DNA of 58,042 nucleotides, counting the filler, from Dugesia japonica (Eukaryota), in assembly GCA_001938525.1 (NCBI GenBank). It is 5 parts of 5 records of this genome, joined end to end, with 100 filler letters (N's around TTAATTAATTAA, not from the genome) between each part and the next. Parts side by side here need not be neighbours in the genome. Positions count along the whole stretch, not along the records: positions 35,383 to 48,888 come from MQRL01249421.1; 4 more parts are not named here. The stretch is one strand, 5' to 3'. The translations under genes were made by a program, and so were the position numbers. The stretch's first letter is position 1, and each line of letters opens with the position of its first letter. Below, one piece after another: positions 37,791 to 48,988 of this stretch. Under the pieces are notes generated by a model. That model was not told where the DNA came from. It did not search any database and worked only from the letters and a program-made list of their open reading frames with translations.

Positions 37791-38082
37791 CATTTCAAAA
37801 AAACAATGGTTAACTTTAATGTTGAAGTCAATTTTGAAAAGATTCCAACAAAATAATATAAAACATATGGTATTGATGATTTATAGTGAATGTATCTAAT
37901 GGAAATGATTTCATATTTAAAGAATAATAAAGATAACAAGTATATTGTTTGTTATTTATCGTTGCATATAATAGATATGCAAGGAATTTCCTGTTTAAAG
38001 TAAATGGAATGAATAAACAATATTATGGATAAAACAAAGTGTGATAAAAGTATCACAAATAGTCAATAAAGGCAAATTTTTG

Positions 38083-38672
38083 ATGAAATCAAATATTTTT
38101 TATAACTTTTTACGGAGTAAAAGTAGTTTGTTAGTTAATCTAAAAAATAATGCTAGTAATTGCATTGTTGAGCTTCAAAATCCAATTTGCAGGAATGGTA
38201 ATTGGGAAGTTGCCATGATGGATTTCAACTTTATATATTCAGACATGCCCATTTACAGTCAATCAGGGATTGAATATGAATTATTTAAGCCAATTGATAA
38301 AGAACTAATACTTGGAGTTAACAACAGAGAAAAAAGATGCTTTTTATTGTTAATTTGCAAGATAAATATAAAAATAATACAGAAACAGATATAAAATTCA
38401 AGAAAAATAAGATAACTTTTAGTAGTGATATTAAATTCCACAGTTTGTCATTTGATACTTTTGAAAACTTGGTAAGATTTACATATAGTAAAGATGAAGT
38501 TAAAAGAAAGTATAGTTGTATAAATTTCGATGATCATAAATTATTTTCGATTCGCTTTCATGACTTTAAAAATTATGATTCTGTTGAAAAAATAAAAATT
38601 AAATATTATTATGCGACTGTAACTAAACAATCAAATTCAATCACAACCAATCAGAAATTAAAACACAATTGA
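38083..38672 (+). pseudogene. Polinton minor capsid protein N-terminal part, lineage B
   Basis: FYNFLRSKSS....NNASNCIVELQNPI..NGNWEVAMMDF is the typical penton N-terminal motif. Frameshifted. Confidence 0.65.
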
Positions 38673-39149
38673 CAAAATAAATATTACCCATCACAATACC
38701 ATTCCAACCACACATTAACCAACCAAATCCATCAACCCCATACAAAGATACACTCTCCCAAAATACACCCCACGATAACTGTGCGTTACCATAGTTGTAC
38801 GACAAACCATCCATCCAACCTCATAAGTCCTTAAGGCAATATATAGACCAAATCTTTGTCCAACAACACCTAAATCTTAAAAATTATTTCCAAGATCTCC
38901 AGCTCCCATTCAAGTCCAAAACAATTCTTACACACACCACCTCAACTTAACCTACTTTTTAAAAACCCACTTAGCAACCCACACACACACAAATTTTAAA
39001 ATTTTAAAATACAAACACACACACCACCAGGAATAAAAATTTTTGATCGCAAAATTTTAGAAAAAAAACCAGCACAAAAATATCAGCGCAATCGTAATGT
39101 GTTTCCAAGACGGGTGTAAATTGAACACGTGCGCTACTATTCCACTACT
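38670..39149. repeat. Polinton right TIR and terminus
   Basis: AC-rich, direct similarity to 41560-41975. Ends GTGCGCTACTATTCCACTACT, and pPolB coding sequence of another element follows immediately. Confidence 0.75.
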
Positions 39150-40044
39150 GATTAGAGTTTTATTTAAAACAGGATATGAAAATTAATAAAATACATAACA
39201 AATATCAAATGAAAATGAGACTCTGGTTAAAGGAATACATTGAATTTAATATACATCAAAGAAATATAGCCAAAAAGAACAAAGATGTATTTAGTGATTA
39301 TTTCTTTAAATTAATGAATAATGCCTTTTATGGAAAGACTTTTGAGAATATTAGAAAAAGATGCAATATAGTTATTGTATCTTCAGATAAAAATTTCCTG
39401 AAATAGATGAGTAAAATATCATCGAAATCATCAAAAATATTTACTGAAAATGTAGTAGTCATAAATATATGGAATACGAATTTAAAATATAAAAAGTTTC
39501 CGTATGTTGGCTTCGCTATTTTGGAATATGCTAAATTGATTAAATATGATTTTATATATAATCAATTAGATTCAGTAATTCGGAATCAGTATAAAATTTA
39601 TTAATCTATATTTATGAAAATTACTGCTGATTATAATTTTTAAAAAATGTGAAATTTAATAAATAATAATTTCAAATGAATGATGAAAAACCTTCATCTG
39701 AAATAATTAAATGCGATTTCATAAAAGCGAAATCATATGCTTATGAATATCGCGAAAATCAATCTGAATTATTGAATTTAGATAATAAGCATAAAGGAGC
39801 ATCTAAATTCAATAATATAGGAATGAATTCATTTGATAAAGTATTAAAATCAAATGAATTCATTTATGACATTAATTATTCATTAAGATCGAATAAACAT
39901 CAAATTACTGTTATCGAACATAAGAAAATTGCTCTTGTTGGTTATGATGACAAGAGATTGATTGAAAATAATGCTATAAAAACAATATTGCAATCAATAT
40001 CATCATACTTTAGACAAATTAAATGGGTTATTAAATTGCTATAA
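39150..40044 (+). pseudogene. Polinton pPolB C-terminal part, lineage A, motif C deleted
   Basis: WLKEYIEFN, FFKLMNNAFYGKTFENIR, GFAILEYAK, KSYAY and KIALVGYDDKR. Confidence 0.88.
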
Positions 40045-40767
40045 TTTATTAGAAATTTCATGTAAATATATGTACATATTTTTTCTAATATAATTTTTAA
40101 AAAAAGTAAAATATCCATCTCCAATTTTTATAAAATTACATTTTTTATTATGTAAATGACTTTAAAAAATTTTATTAATTATTTTATTACTCTTGATTTC
40201 AATTTCTTTTAAAATGTATTAAATTTTTTATTCAATCATTTTTTTATTTATAGAAAAACAAGAAGTATGTATAATACGCTTATAATTAAGCAAATGTTTT
40301 TCTGGCTTTATGACGATAAATCCAGCGAACAAAGTGAGCAATCGTATGCTTGAAAAGCNCACGGGGAGTTCAAGTCGTAGAGCTAGCTCTTAATTCTGAG
40401 TTCAAAGATACCAAATTCGAAATTGTACAATACAATTTGAACAAAGAATTTCTAACCGAAAATTGAAATTTTCAACCTTTTTGAGCAAAGATTCAACCAT
40501 TCCAACCCGAATTTATAACGACCTACATTTTGGATCACCCAAATTGCTGAATTCCTTCGTCAGTGGTGGGTTAGGGATACTGATCCAGTGCACTAGAATT
40601 TATCTACTGTCTTTGTAATGGCCAAAAAAGAAAAATATCTAAAAATTTTCAAAGTACTTAACTTGATATTTTCATTTGTATATGTAAGAAAATTAATTTT
40701 ATGCTGTAATCCGTTGTTTACAAAGAGATCTATCATCAGTCTCTAAAAGAAGGAACATGTGAACAGA

Positions 40768-40945
40768 TCTAAAAAGAACAATTGAGGTCGCTTTGAGACA
40801 GATCAAGGAACTGGTTGAACAATCCCAAAATAGTCCTCTTGATTATAGACATAACTGCCAATACAGAATTGCTAGAATCATAAGCATCAGTTTGTAGATA
40901 TTAAACTCTCAAAATCTATATTTTTTAACTAAAAAAAACATTTAC
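40768..40945 (+). repeat. Direct repeat of about 42247-42433
   Basis: Shared AAGAACAATTGAG, CAAAATAGTC, ATTATAGACATAACTGCCAA, ATCAGTTTG and TTTTTAACTAAAAA. Confidence 0.75.
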
Positions 40946-41499
40946 CATGGTTAAATAACAGAGTTAGTTGGTTACTTGTGGAAAAACTATGTAATCAGCA
41001 GTAATCAAATTTTTATTGACATTTCGATTGTAATTAATAAAACAAATTTTAAACTAGTCAAATATATAGTTATATCTCCACAAGACAAAAATTAAAATGC
41101 ATCTCCATATAAAATATAAATTATGCTTATTTATTTTATTTAGTTATTAATTAGGTTACTTGATCAGTCAAATTTTTTTTGAATTTTCCGCCGAAAAAGT
41201 GTTTAAAAATATCAAGACTCCCCTCTTCCCCAGTCGAATATTTTACAAAACAACACTTCCACGATCAAAATACCGAAAAAAATAATCAAAATTACATCAA
41301 ATACTCAAAAATACCATTTTTTAAAATTAAATTCATCAAATTAAGCAATATACAGTATTTTTACAAATTAAATATTTCAAACATTTTTGACGTCATAACC
41401 AACTAACAGAAAAATTTTAAATAAATCTTATAAAATTGGATAAATAATTCTCTTTTCACACATACAAACCTCCACTTCACGAAATTAATTTTAACGCAC

Positions 41500-42245
41500 T
41501 TAAACTACTTACAAAATAAACCAATCAAAAAGTAGCCCTTAAAATACAAAATCAAAGCACATTTGACAACCAACATCTTCACCATCACATTAGCTCTCCA
41601 ACAAGCCGTCAACCAACAAATTCCATTAACAACATAAAAACCTACAACCAAAACAAAAACCACCCACGATAACTCATACGCCTGGGCCCGTGTGCCACTA
41701 CCATTGTAGTGAAAACCATTCATCCAAACTCATATGTCCTTTAGACAATATATAGACCAAATTTTTATACAACAACAAATAAATCTTCAAAATCCCAAAA
41801 AAATTATTCACAAGATCTCCAGCTACTCCTCTTCGTTTTTTCCAGTCTTTTACAAAAACACACACACAAACAAACACACAAACACAACTTGACCTACTTT
41901 TTAAACACCCTTAACAACCCAAACACACAGAAAATTTAAAATTTAAAAATACACACACACACACCTTCAGCATCAAAAAAAACTAATAAGATAAAAAAAA
42001 ATCAATGGGATCAAAAATCAATCTGAACTTGAATTATTTCAACGAATCAGAATCGAGTATACGAGATCACATACTTTGAAAATTCGACCTTGAAATATTT
42101 CAGCCAATGAGAATGAAGTATACTAAAACACTGACCTTGAAATATTTCAGCCAATGAAAATGAAATATACTAGAACACTGAACTTGAAAAAATTTGACCT
42201 TGACGCGGGTGGAGGGGTTTTCCAGTGCGCTACTATCTATTTACT
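41500..42245. repeat. Polinton right TIR and terminus with CCAAT-containing sub-repeats of about 46 bp
   Basis: Ends CAGTGCGCTACTATCTATTTACT. GACCTTGAAATATTTCAGCCAATGA(G/A)AATGAA is repeated at about 42087 and 42133. Confidence 0.75.
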
Positions 42246-42644
42246 GTCTAACAAGAACAATTGAGATCAATTTGATACATAGATCAGAAAACTGGCGGTA
42301 ACATCCAAAAATAGTCATTTTCATTATAGACATAACTGCCAAGATAAAATTGATAAAGAATGTAACATATCACAATTATCAGTTTGCAGACGTTACGTAT
42401 TCAAAATCTGTTGTTTTTAACTAAAAATCATTTAACAAAGTAGTATATAAGTATATATATAACAACCCCAAATCCTCCAGGGTTTGGGGGGTTGTTTATT
42501 ATATGCCACATTTTACGTTAAAAATCCATACAGTAAAATGTAAAATGAATCTATAAAAGTGCTGGTGAAAGAGGAATAATTTAAGAGGAAACGATATACT
42601 ATGATTAAATTTTTTATTATAAAAAAGAGAAGAAAATATAACAA

Positions 42645-45600
42645 ATGTCTTCATTTAAATGTTCAAATTGTGATAAAATCTTTAAAAATAAACGTGGTTT
42701 AAATTCACATATAGAATCTAAAAAATGTCAAATTATAAATCTAAGTGATTATCTAACATGTCCAGTTTGCAATAAAAAATTTAGGACACAACTTGGTTTA
42801 AATGTTCATTTGAAAAAAACTGATTGTTCTTTAATACATTTATATTGTGAAATTTGTGATAAACATTTTGATAATTTAGAATTAATNAATGAACATAAAC
42901 TAACTAATAAACGACATTTGTTATTAACTAAAAAAATAGAAAAAAATTGGAAAACAAGACCAAGACATATTCTAGAAGTATTTAATCAAGAAACATACCC
43001 AGAATACTATTATATCGATGTTTATTTAAATAGTAAATTAACAATGATAAAAAATGTAGAAGGTAGAATGTTAGATACAACTCAATTTCTTAAAATAGAA
43101 ATAGAATATGCTGTCAGAGAGTTTTTTAAACTAGGATTTAAATTTTATTTGAAAGTAGGAGTTGCATGTCATTATGTTAAAGAAGAAGAGATAATGGTAA
43201 TTTATTCTTATGTACCAAATACAAGAATTTATGCAAAAGCGACAATACCTGACAAATTAGAAGTAATATGAAAAACTAGAAAATTTAATGCAAAATAAAG
43301 AATTAGCTGGTTCTGGTTGGATTATGTCACATATAGTTAATTATAGATTAGAATTTAAAAAATATGGTTCATTATGTAAAGCCGGCGCTTTTACTTATTG
43401 TGAGTTACCAAAAGAAATAACAAATAAAAAAGGAATTATTAACATAGAAAACAAAGATGATAAATGTTTACTATATTCAATTCTCGCACATAAATATATT
43501 TTTCATAATCCAACACGTGTTTCTAATTACATTCCACTTTTATCAGAATTAAATACAACAGGAATGAATTTTCCAGCGGAACTTGGCGATATAAAAATAT
43601 TTGAAAAACTAAATAATTTTAAAATAAATGTTTTTGAATTAGACACAAAAATTATACCAATTCGCATTAAACATTTTTCAGTAAAACCAAAACCAGAAGA
43701 AAATAAATGTAATCTTCTAATTTATAAAAGTCATTTTATATTAGTTAGAAATGTACAAGCTTTATTTAATATTAAACATGGTAATCAATTATGTCTCGGT
43801 TGTATGAATATTTATTCTTCTAAAAACGTTTTATTTAAACATCAAGAAGAATGTATACATCATAAATCATTGAGTGTTAAATTTCCATATCAAGAACACT
43901 TTAAGTTTCAAAATTACTATTTTAAAAATAAAATTCCATTTGTAATCTATTGCGATTTTGAATGTTACACTAAAGAAGATAATACNCAAGAACCAATAAG
44001 TCTTGGAATATTTATAAAATCTGAATATCCAAAATTAATTCCAAGTAAATATTATTATTCCACAGGTGTAAATGTAGTTAATGAATTTATAAAATTTCTT
44101 GATAACATTAATAACAAATTTAATGATATAAAAAAAGAATACTTCGGAGAATATCCAGAATTCATTAAAAATTCAAAATGTTATTATTGTTCCAAGGAAA
44201 TACTAAAAGATCCAGTTTTTGATTATAATTATTACACCCAAGAACCTCATGGTTATACACATAAAGAATGTAAACAATCTGAAAATCTATTTATACCATG
44301 CTACTTTCACAATGCAATGGGTTATGATAGTCATTTATTCTTTAGACAACTTTAATATAATAATCCTGGAAAAGTAAAAAATATAATTCCACATTCTGAA
44401 GATCAATATATAGCATTTAATTATGGACATATTAGATTCCTAGATTCATTTAAAATATGTAAAACATCAGTCGAGAAAATGGGTGAAACATTGGCTAAAT
44501 CAGGAAATCATAAAATATTAAAATCTTATAGACTAAAACCTAAAAAAGTCTTATTTCCATATGACTATGTAAAAGCTAACAATCCCAAAGAAATTGAAGA
44601 ATTATTAAAATCCAACAGAATTCCAGAGAAACAAGATTTCTTTTCTAAACTAAGACAAAAAGGAATATCTGACCAAGAATATCAAGAATTTTTAAAAGAA
44701 TATTCTAAATTTGAAAATCTCTGGAATTACATGTTACATTATATGATGTTAGATGTTTTAATCTTAGCAGATTACGTAGAAAANNNNNNNNNNNNNNNNN
44801 NNNNNNNNNNTAAAATAGATCCAAGTTATTGCTATACCGCATCAGGTTTAACATGGCAAGCTGGAATGAGATTTACACAAGTAAAATTAAAATTTGCAAA
44901 ACCAGAAACCTATAACACTTTCCTAAAATTTGAACGTGGAGTTCGCGGAGGATATTCAGGAGAAGAAGGCGAACGTCAGGTATTTTCACATAATAAAAAT
45001 AAAAATCCATATACTAGACAACTAAATAAATCAGATTTTGAAGATATAATAAAAATGATGAATTCAAATCAAGAAATTAATGTTGATAATATAATGGAAA
45101 ATAGACATATAAAATATGTCGATGCAAATTCTCTTTACGCATCATGCATGACAAAACCATTGCCAACAGGAGAATTCAGCGAATGTAATGAGCTAGATTA
45201 TGAGAAATCAACTGAAGAAATGAATTATCTATATGAAGTTGACCTTGAATATCCTAAAGAATTGCATGATAGAACTAAATATTTCCCATTAGCACCTGAA
45301 AGTTTACTTGTTACAGAAAACATGTTAAGTAATTATCAAAAATTATTTAAAGTAAAACCATCAGATAAAAATATTAAATTAACAATGAACCAATTCGATA
45401 AAAAGAATTATATAATCCTAGGTTCAACTTTAGATCTATATCTTTCATTAGGAATCCAACTAAAAAAGATACATTCTAAATATAAAATGCCAACATCTAC
45501 ATGGTTAAAAAAATATATTGATTTTAATATCACACAAAGAACTTTAGCAAAAAGAAATAAAGATGAATTTGGCGTATCTTTCTTTAAAGTCATGAATAAT

Positions 45601-47004
45601 TCATTTTATGGAAAAACCCTAGAAAATATTAGAAATCGTTGCAATGTTCATATTGTAGGAACTGATAAAGATTTTCAAAATCTCGTTTCTAAACCAACAT
45701 ATTTAAGTTTTAAAACTTTCAAATTAGAACCAGGAATTGTATCTAAAATAGCAGCAGTTCACATGACAAAAACGAATTTAAATTATAACAAATTTCCATA
45801 TCTTGGATTTACTATCCTAGAATATGCGAAAGAAGTAATATATAATTTTGTATATAACCAATTAGAACCAGAAATCGGAAATGATAATTATAAAATTCAT
45901 TATTCTGACAGTGTAACCCATGACACTCCAATATTACTAAGAAAAGATAATAAAGTTGAAATAAAAAAGATTTCAGAGATCAATCAAAATTATACAAAAA
46001 ATCTGGAAAAATATTATTCTTATCCTGAAAATTATGAAATTTGGACTAAAAGTAACTGGGCTCCATTGAAAAAAGTAATTAAACATACAACAAATAAAAA
46101 GATTTATAGAATAAGAACTAAATTAGGAATTGTCGATGTAACAGAAGACCATTCATTATTAAATGATAAATCTATAGAAATTAAACCAACAGATTTAACA
46201 CCCGAAACTAAATTATTACATAATAAATTTAAAACATTAATATCTTTAAATAATACATTTTCATGTGACATTTTAAATAAAACATTTAAAGATAAAATAT
46301 TTTTATCTAAAGCTTATTATTTAGGAACATCTTTAGGAATGAATTTAATTATTACAGAAGATTTTAAAATTCAAGAAGTAAAATCAGATATTTCAACTAA
46401 TCTCCAAACCGTAAGATTTTTAAGAGAAAATATAGAAGATGTTTATGATATTGAAACTGAAGATGGATCATTTAACTGTGGATTTCCTTTGATAATAAAA
46501 AACACGGACAGCGTATTCATAGAAATAACAGGTGATAAAAATCTAGAAAAATTAAATTTATTAACCGGTGATAATCTATTTCAGATGAAAGATGAAATGC
46601 CTAATTCTGAAATTCTTAAATGTGCATTCATAAAACCAAAATCATATGCATATGAATGGGTCCCTCAGGGAAAAAATAGTGATGATAAAGGAGAGATAAA
46701 ATTTAATAAAAAACATAAAGGTGTACAGAGTTTCAATCCTATTAGAATGCAAGAATTTGATTCAATATTAGAAGATGCAAAGAAAATAATTTATGGCACA
46801 AATTATTCTTTAAAATCAGAATTACATGTAATTCAATTAACAGAACAAAAGAAAATAGCATTAACAGGTTATTCTGATAAAAGAATCATAGAAGACAATG
46901 CAACAAGAACATGGCCACATGAAAATCAATATAAATGTGAAACATGTCATACTTGGCATTTAAAATTAGATAAAATCAATAAAAATCTAACTTTATCTCG
47001 TTAG
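42645..47004 (+). CDS. polB: Full-length protein-primed family B DNA polymerase (pPolB) with N-terminal zinc fingers and an intein; one frameshift (about 43268) and one in-frame TAA (44353)
   Basis: ZnF x3, GSGW, IINIENKDDKCLLYSILA, ExoI YCDFEC, ExoII FHNAMGYDSH, FLDS, FPYDY, ExoIII Y..LDV..LAD, RGG, motif A DANSLY, motif B KVMNNSFYGK, motif C YSD|TDS, KSYAY and KHKG. Confidence 0.93.
45910..46503 (+). mobile_element. Mini-intein (198 aa) in pPolB motif C
   Basis: In-frame insert between YSD and TDS. Block A SVTHDTPILLR, block B VDVTEDHSLL (TxxH), block F VYDIETEDGSF, block G LIIKN followed by +1 Thr. Absent from the paralogue at 11739. Confidence 0.95.
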
Positions 47005-47042
47005 ACAAAACTGTTTAAATTGCTAAATAATAATATTAGAAA

Positions 47043-47705
47043 ATGTCAGAAGCAACAGAAGAAGAATTAGAAAAAATAGTTAATTCTAAAAAATGTAAAT
47101 CTGTAAAGATCAACGGTAAAAATTATTATATTTCTAAAAAAGTTAAAGATGAAGCCAAAAAGAAACATGAAGGTGGATTTGCATTTCTAGCTGCAATACC
47201 ATGGGTAATTGGTGCTTTAGCAACAGCATCTGGAGCTGCATCTGGTATTGCATCTACAGTTGCAAATTCTAGAGATGCTATTAAAAAAACAAAAAGAAAC
47301 AGAATTAATTGAATTACAAAAACAAGTTGAAGCTAAAAAACTAACACCAACTCCAGCACCAGGACCAGGACAAATAACATCTGGGACTGGAATTAAAAAA
47401 CCACAAGGGCAAACCCATAAAGGAAGACAACAAAAAAGAAGAAAGAAGGTAAAGGTATTTTTTTAAATCCATATCAAGGCACTGCAATTCATAAATATTT
47501 AAAAAATATTGATCCTAAATTTAAAATTCTAACTAAAAAATTTAAATCCGGAACACACATAATTCAACATGGAAAAGGAATTTATTTAAATCCATATAAA
47601 AGTGGAAAAGGCCATAAAGGCAGAAAGGGAATTGAAGATGAAACTGAAACTGAAACTGAAGATGAAACTGAAGATGAAACAGAAGATGATGAACAAAACC
47701 CATAA
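47043..47705 (+). CDS. pX-like / core protein, frameshifted
   Basis: EGGFAFLAAIPWVIGALA, then GKGIFLNPYQG..GKGIYLNPYK and an acidic tail. Homologue of 12237-12813. Confidence 0.65.
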
Positions 47706-47738
47706 AGAAAGAAAGGGCCAAAATTAAAACTATATAAA

Positions 47739-48785
47739 ATGGATGCTAGAATTAAAGAATTAAAAGCTCTAATTAAATCTCAAGAACAATATAATAATTA
47801 TTTTTCTTCTAAAATTCTTGATTATAATACTTTACAAAGCAACTTATCCACTTTACAAAATCCAACTATCTCTGCAATTGAAAAACTTGGAATAAAACAA
47901 GAAACTAAAATGCCAGATCAATTAATGATAAAAGATGAAATAATAAACCACAAGGGCGACAAGTCAGAAACCATAAAGTCAGAAACCATAATAAACCACA
48001 AGGGCGACAAGGATGAAATTGATTTATTAAATAAAGATGTAATTATTCTCATGGTACTTAAGTCTAAAGATACATCCCCATTTTCACCCGATAATTTAAC
48101 AATAAATACTACAAATATATCACCAACAATAACTCCTCAATTTGATGAAATACCTGTAACACCAGATAAAAAATATAAAAGATTATATTATCCCAAAACA
48201 TATGCATCAATATTTTTCTTTACAATTAATNATGTAAAACATTTATCAATAAATAATACAATTTATGAAGATGAATATCAAGATAAATTTGTTGATTTAA
48301 TGATGGGTAATCTACATACAGATTATACTTTATATGAAAATGATGATATTTTTAAAAAGTTTATTTTAAAATATTTAACAGAAATAATAAAACCACCTCC
48401 GAAAAATAATTATTGTGAATTTTTTAAACAAATATCTGGATATAATAAAATTAGAAAAAAAAGTAAAGTTGAACAGAAAGATCTTGAAAAAGCTTTTAAA
48501 AAACAAGAAAAAGAAGATTCTAAACAAATGTTAAAAAAACAAAAAGAAATGGAATCGGATCCTACAAAGACCATAAAGGAAAGAAAAATTCATGTAGCTG
48601 ATGGAGTCAAGAAACAAACAAATCCAATTGCATTATTTGAAAAGTTAACATTGTTAATTTCAACTGTAAAATCTGGACATAATAATCTCTCATCTGAAAT
48701 TAAGAGTATCTGTAAAAATTTAAAATCTAAAGGTTTATTATCTGATATTATTTATAAAAAGTATAAGTCAAAATATTTAAGTTAA
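47739..48785 (+). CDS. Conserved Polinton uncharacterised protein
   Basis: Intact 348-aa ORF. C-terminal NPIALFEKLTLLISTVKSGHNNLSSEI motif, of a type common in Mavericks. Confidence 0.8.
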   Translation: MDARIKELKALIKSQEQYNNYFSSKILDYNTLQSNLSTLQNPTISAIEKLGIKQETKMPDQLMIKDEIINHKGDKSETIKSETIINHKGDKDEIDLLNKDVIILMVLKSKDTSPFSPDNLTINTTNISPTITPQFDEIPVTPDKKYKRLYYPKTYASIFFFTINXVKHLSINNTIYEDEYQDKFVDLMMGNLHTDYTLYENDDIFKKFILKYLTEIIKPPPKNNYCEFFKQISGYNKIRKKSKVEQKDLEKAFKKQEKEDSKQMLKKQKEMESDPTKTIKERKIHVADGVKKQTNPIALFEKLTLLISTVKSGHNNLSSEIKSICKNLKSKGLLSDIIYKKYKSKYLS

Positions 48786-48818
48786 TAAATCACGTTAGTC
48801 AAAATATTTCCTATAGAA

Positions 48819-48888
48819 ATGTCTCATCAATTCTTAGTAGTTGGAACAGAACAAGATTTAAAAATAAATTTAGATTATCCGATAAAAT
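48819..48888 (+). CDS. Penton N-terminus, truncated by contig end
   Basis: MSHQFLVVGTEQDLKINLDYPI matches MSHQFLIVGKKQDLKLDLKFPL at 13764. Confidence 0.75.
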
Positions 48889-48988
48889 NNNNNNNNNNNN
48901 NNNNNNNNNNNNNNNNNNNNNNNNNNNNNNNNTTAATTAATTAANNNNNNNNNNNNNNNNNNNNNNNNNNNNNNNNNNNNNNNNNNNN
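48889..48988. other. Artificial contig linker
   Basis: N44-TTAATTAATTAA-N44. Confidence 0.97.

Larger units (their letters stand above)
42439..48888 (+). mobile_element. Polinton/Maverick lineage A, left part (intein-bearing copy)
   Basis: Candidate terminus AGTAGTATATAAG at 42439, where similarity to the 40768 repeat stops. Gene order pPolB, pX-like, conserved ORF, penton is the same as in 11615-14400. Confidence 0.85.

Noticed and set aside
14308-44355. Stop-codon reassignment suggested by several single in-frame stops
   Set aside because: The stops are mixed (TGA where W or G is expected, TAA elsewhere), frameshifts also occur, and TAA/TGA/TAG end genes normally. Decay or sequencing error explains it.
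45910-46503. Insert being a spliceosomal or self-splicing intron, or a Hedgehog Hint domain
   Set aside because: No GT..AG ends at the boundaries, exactly 198 open codons, intein blocks at both junctions, and extein continuing on both sides.
11451-48988. TTAATTAATTAA recurring about every 11-13 kb as a biological repeat or piggyBac site
   Set aside because: Always centred in exactly 44+44 Ns: an artificial six-frame-stop linker joining contigs.
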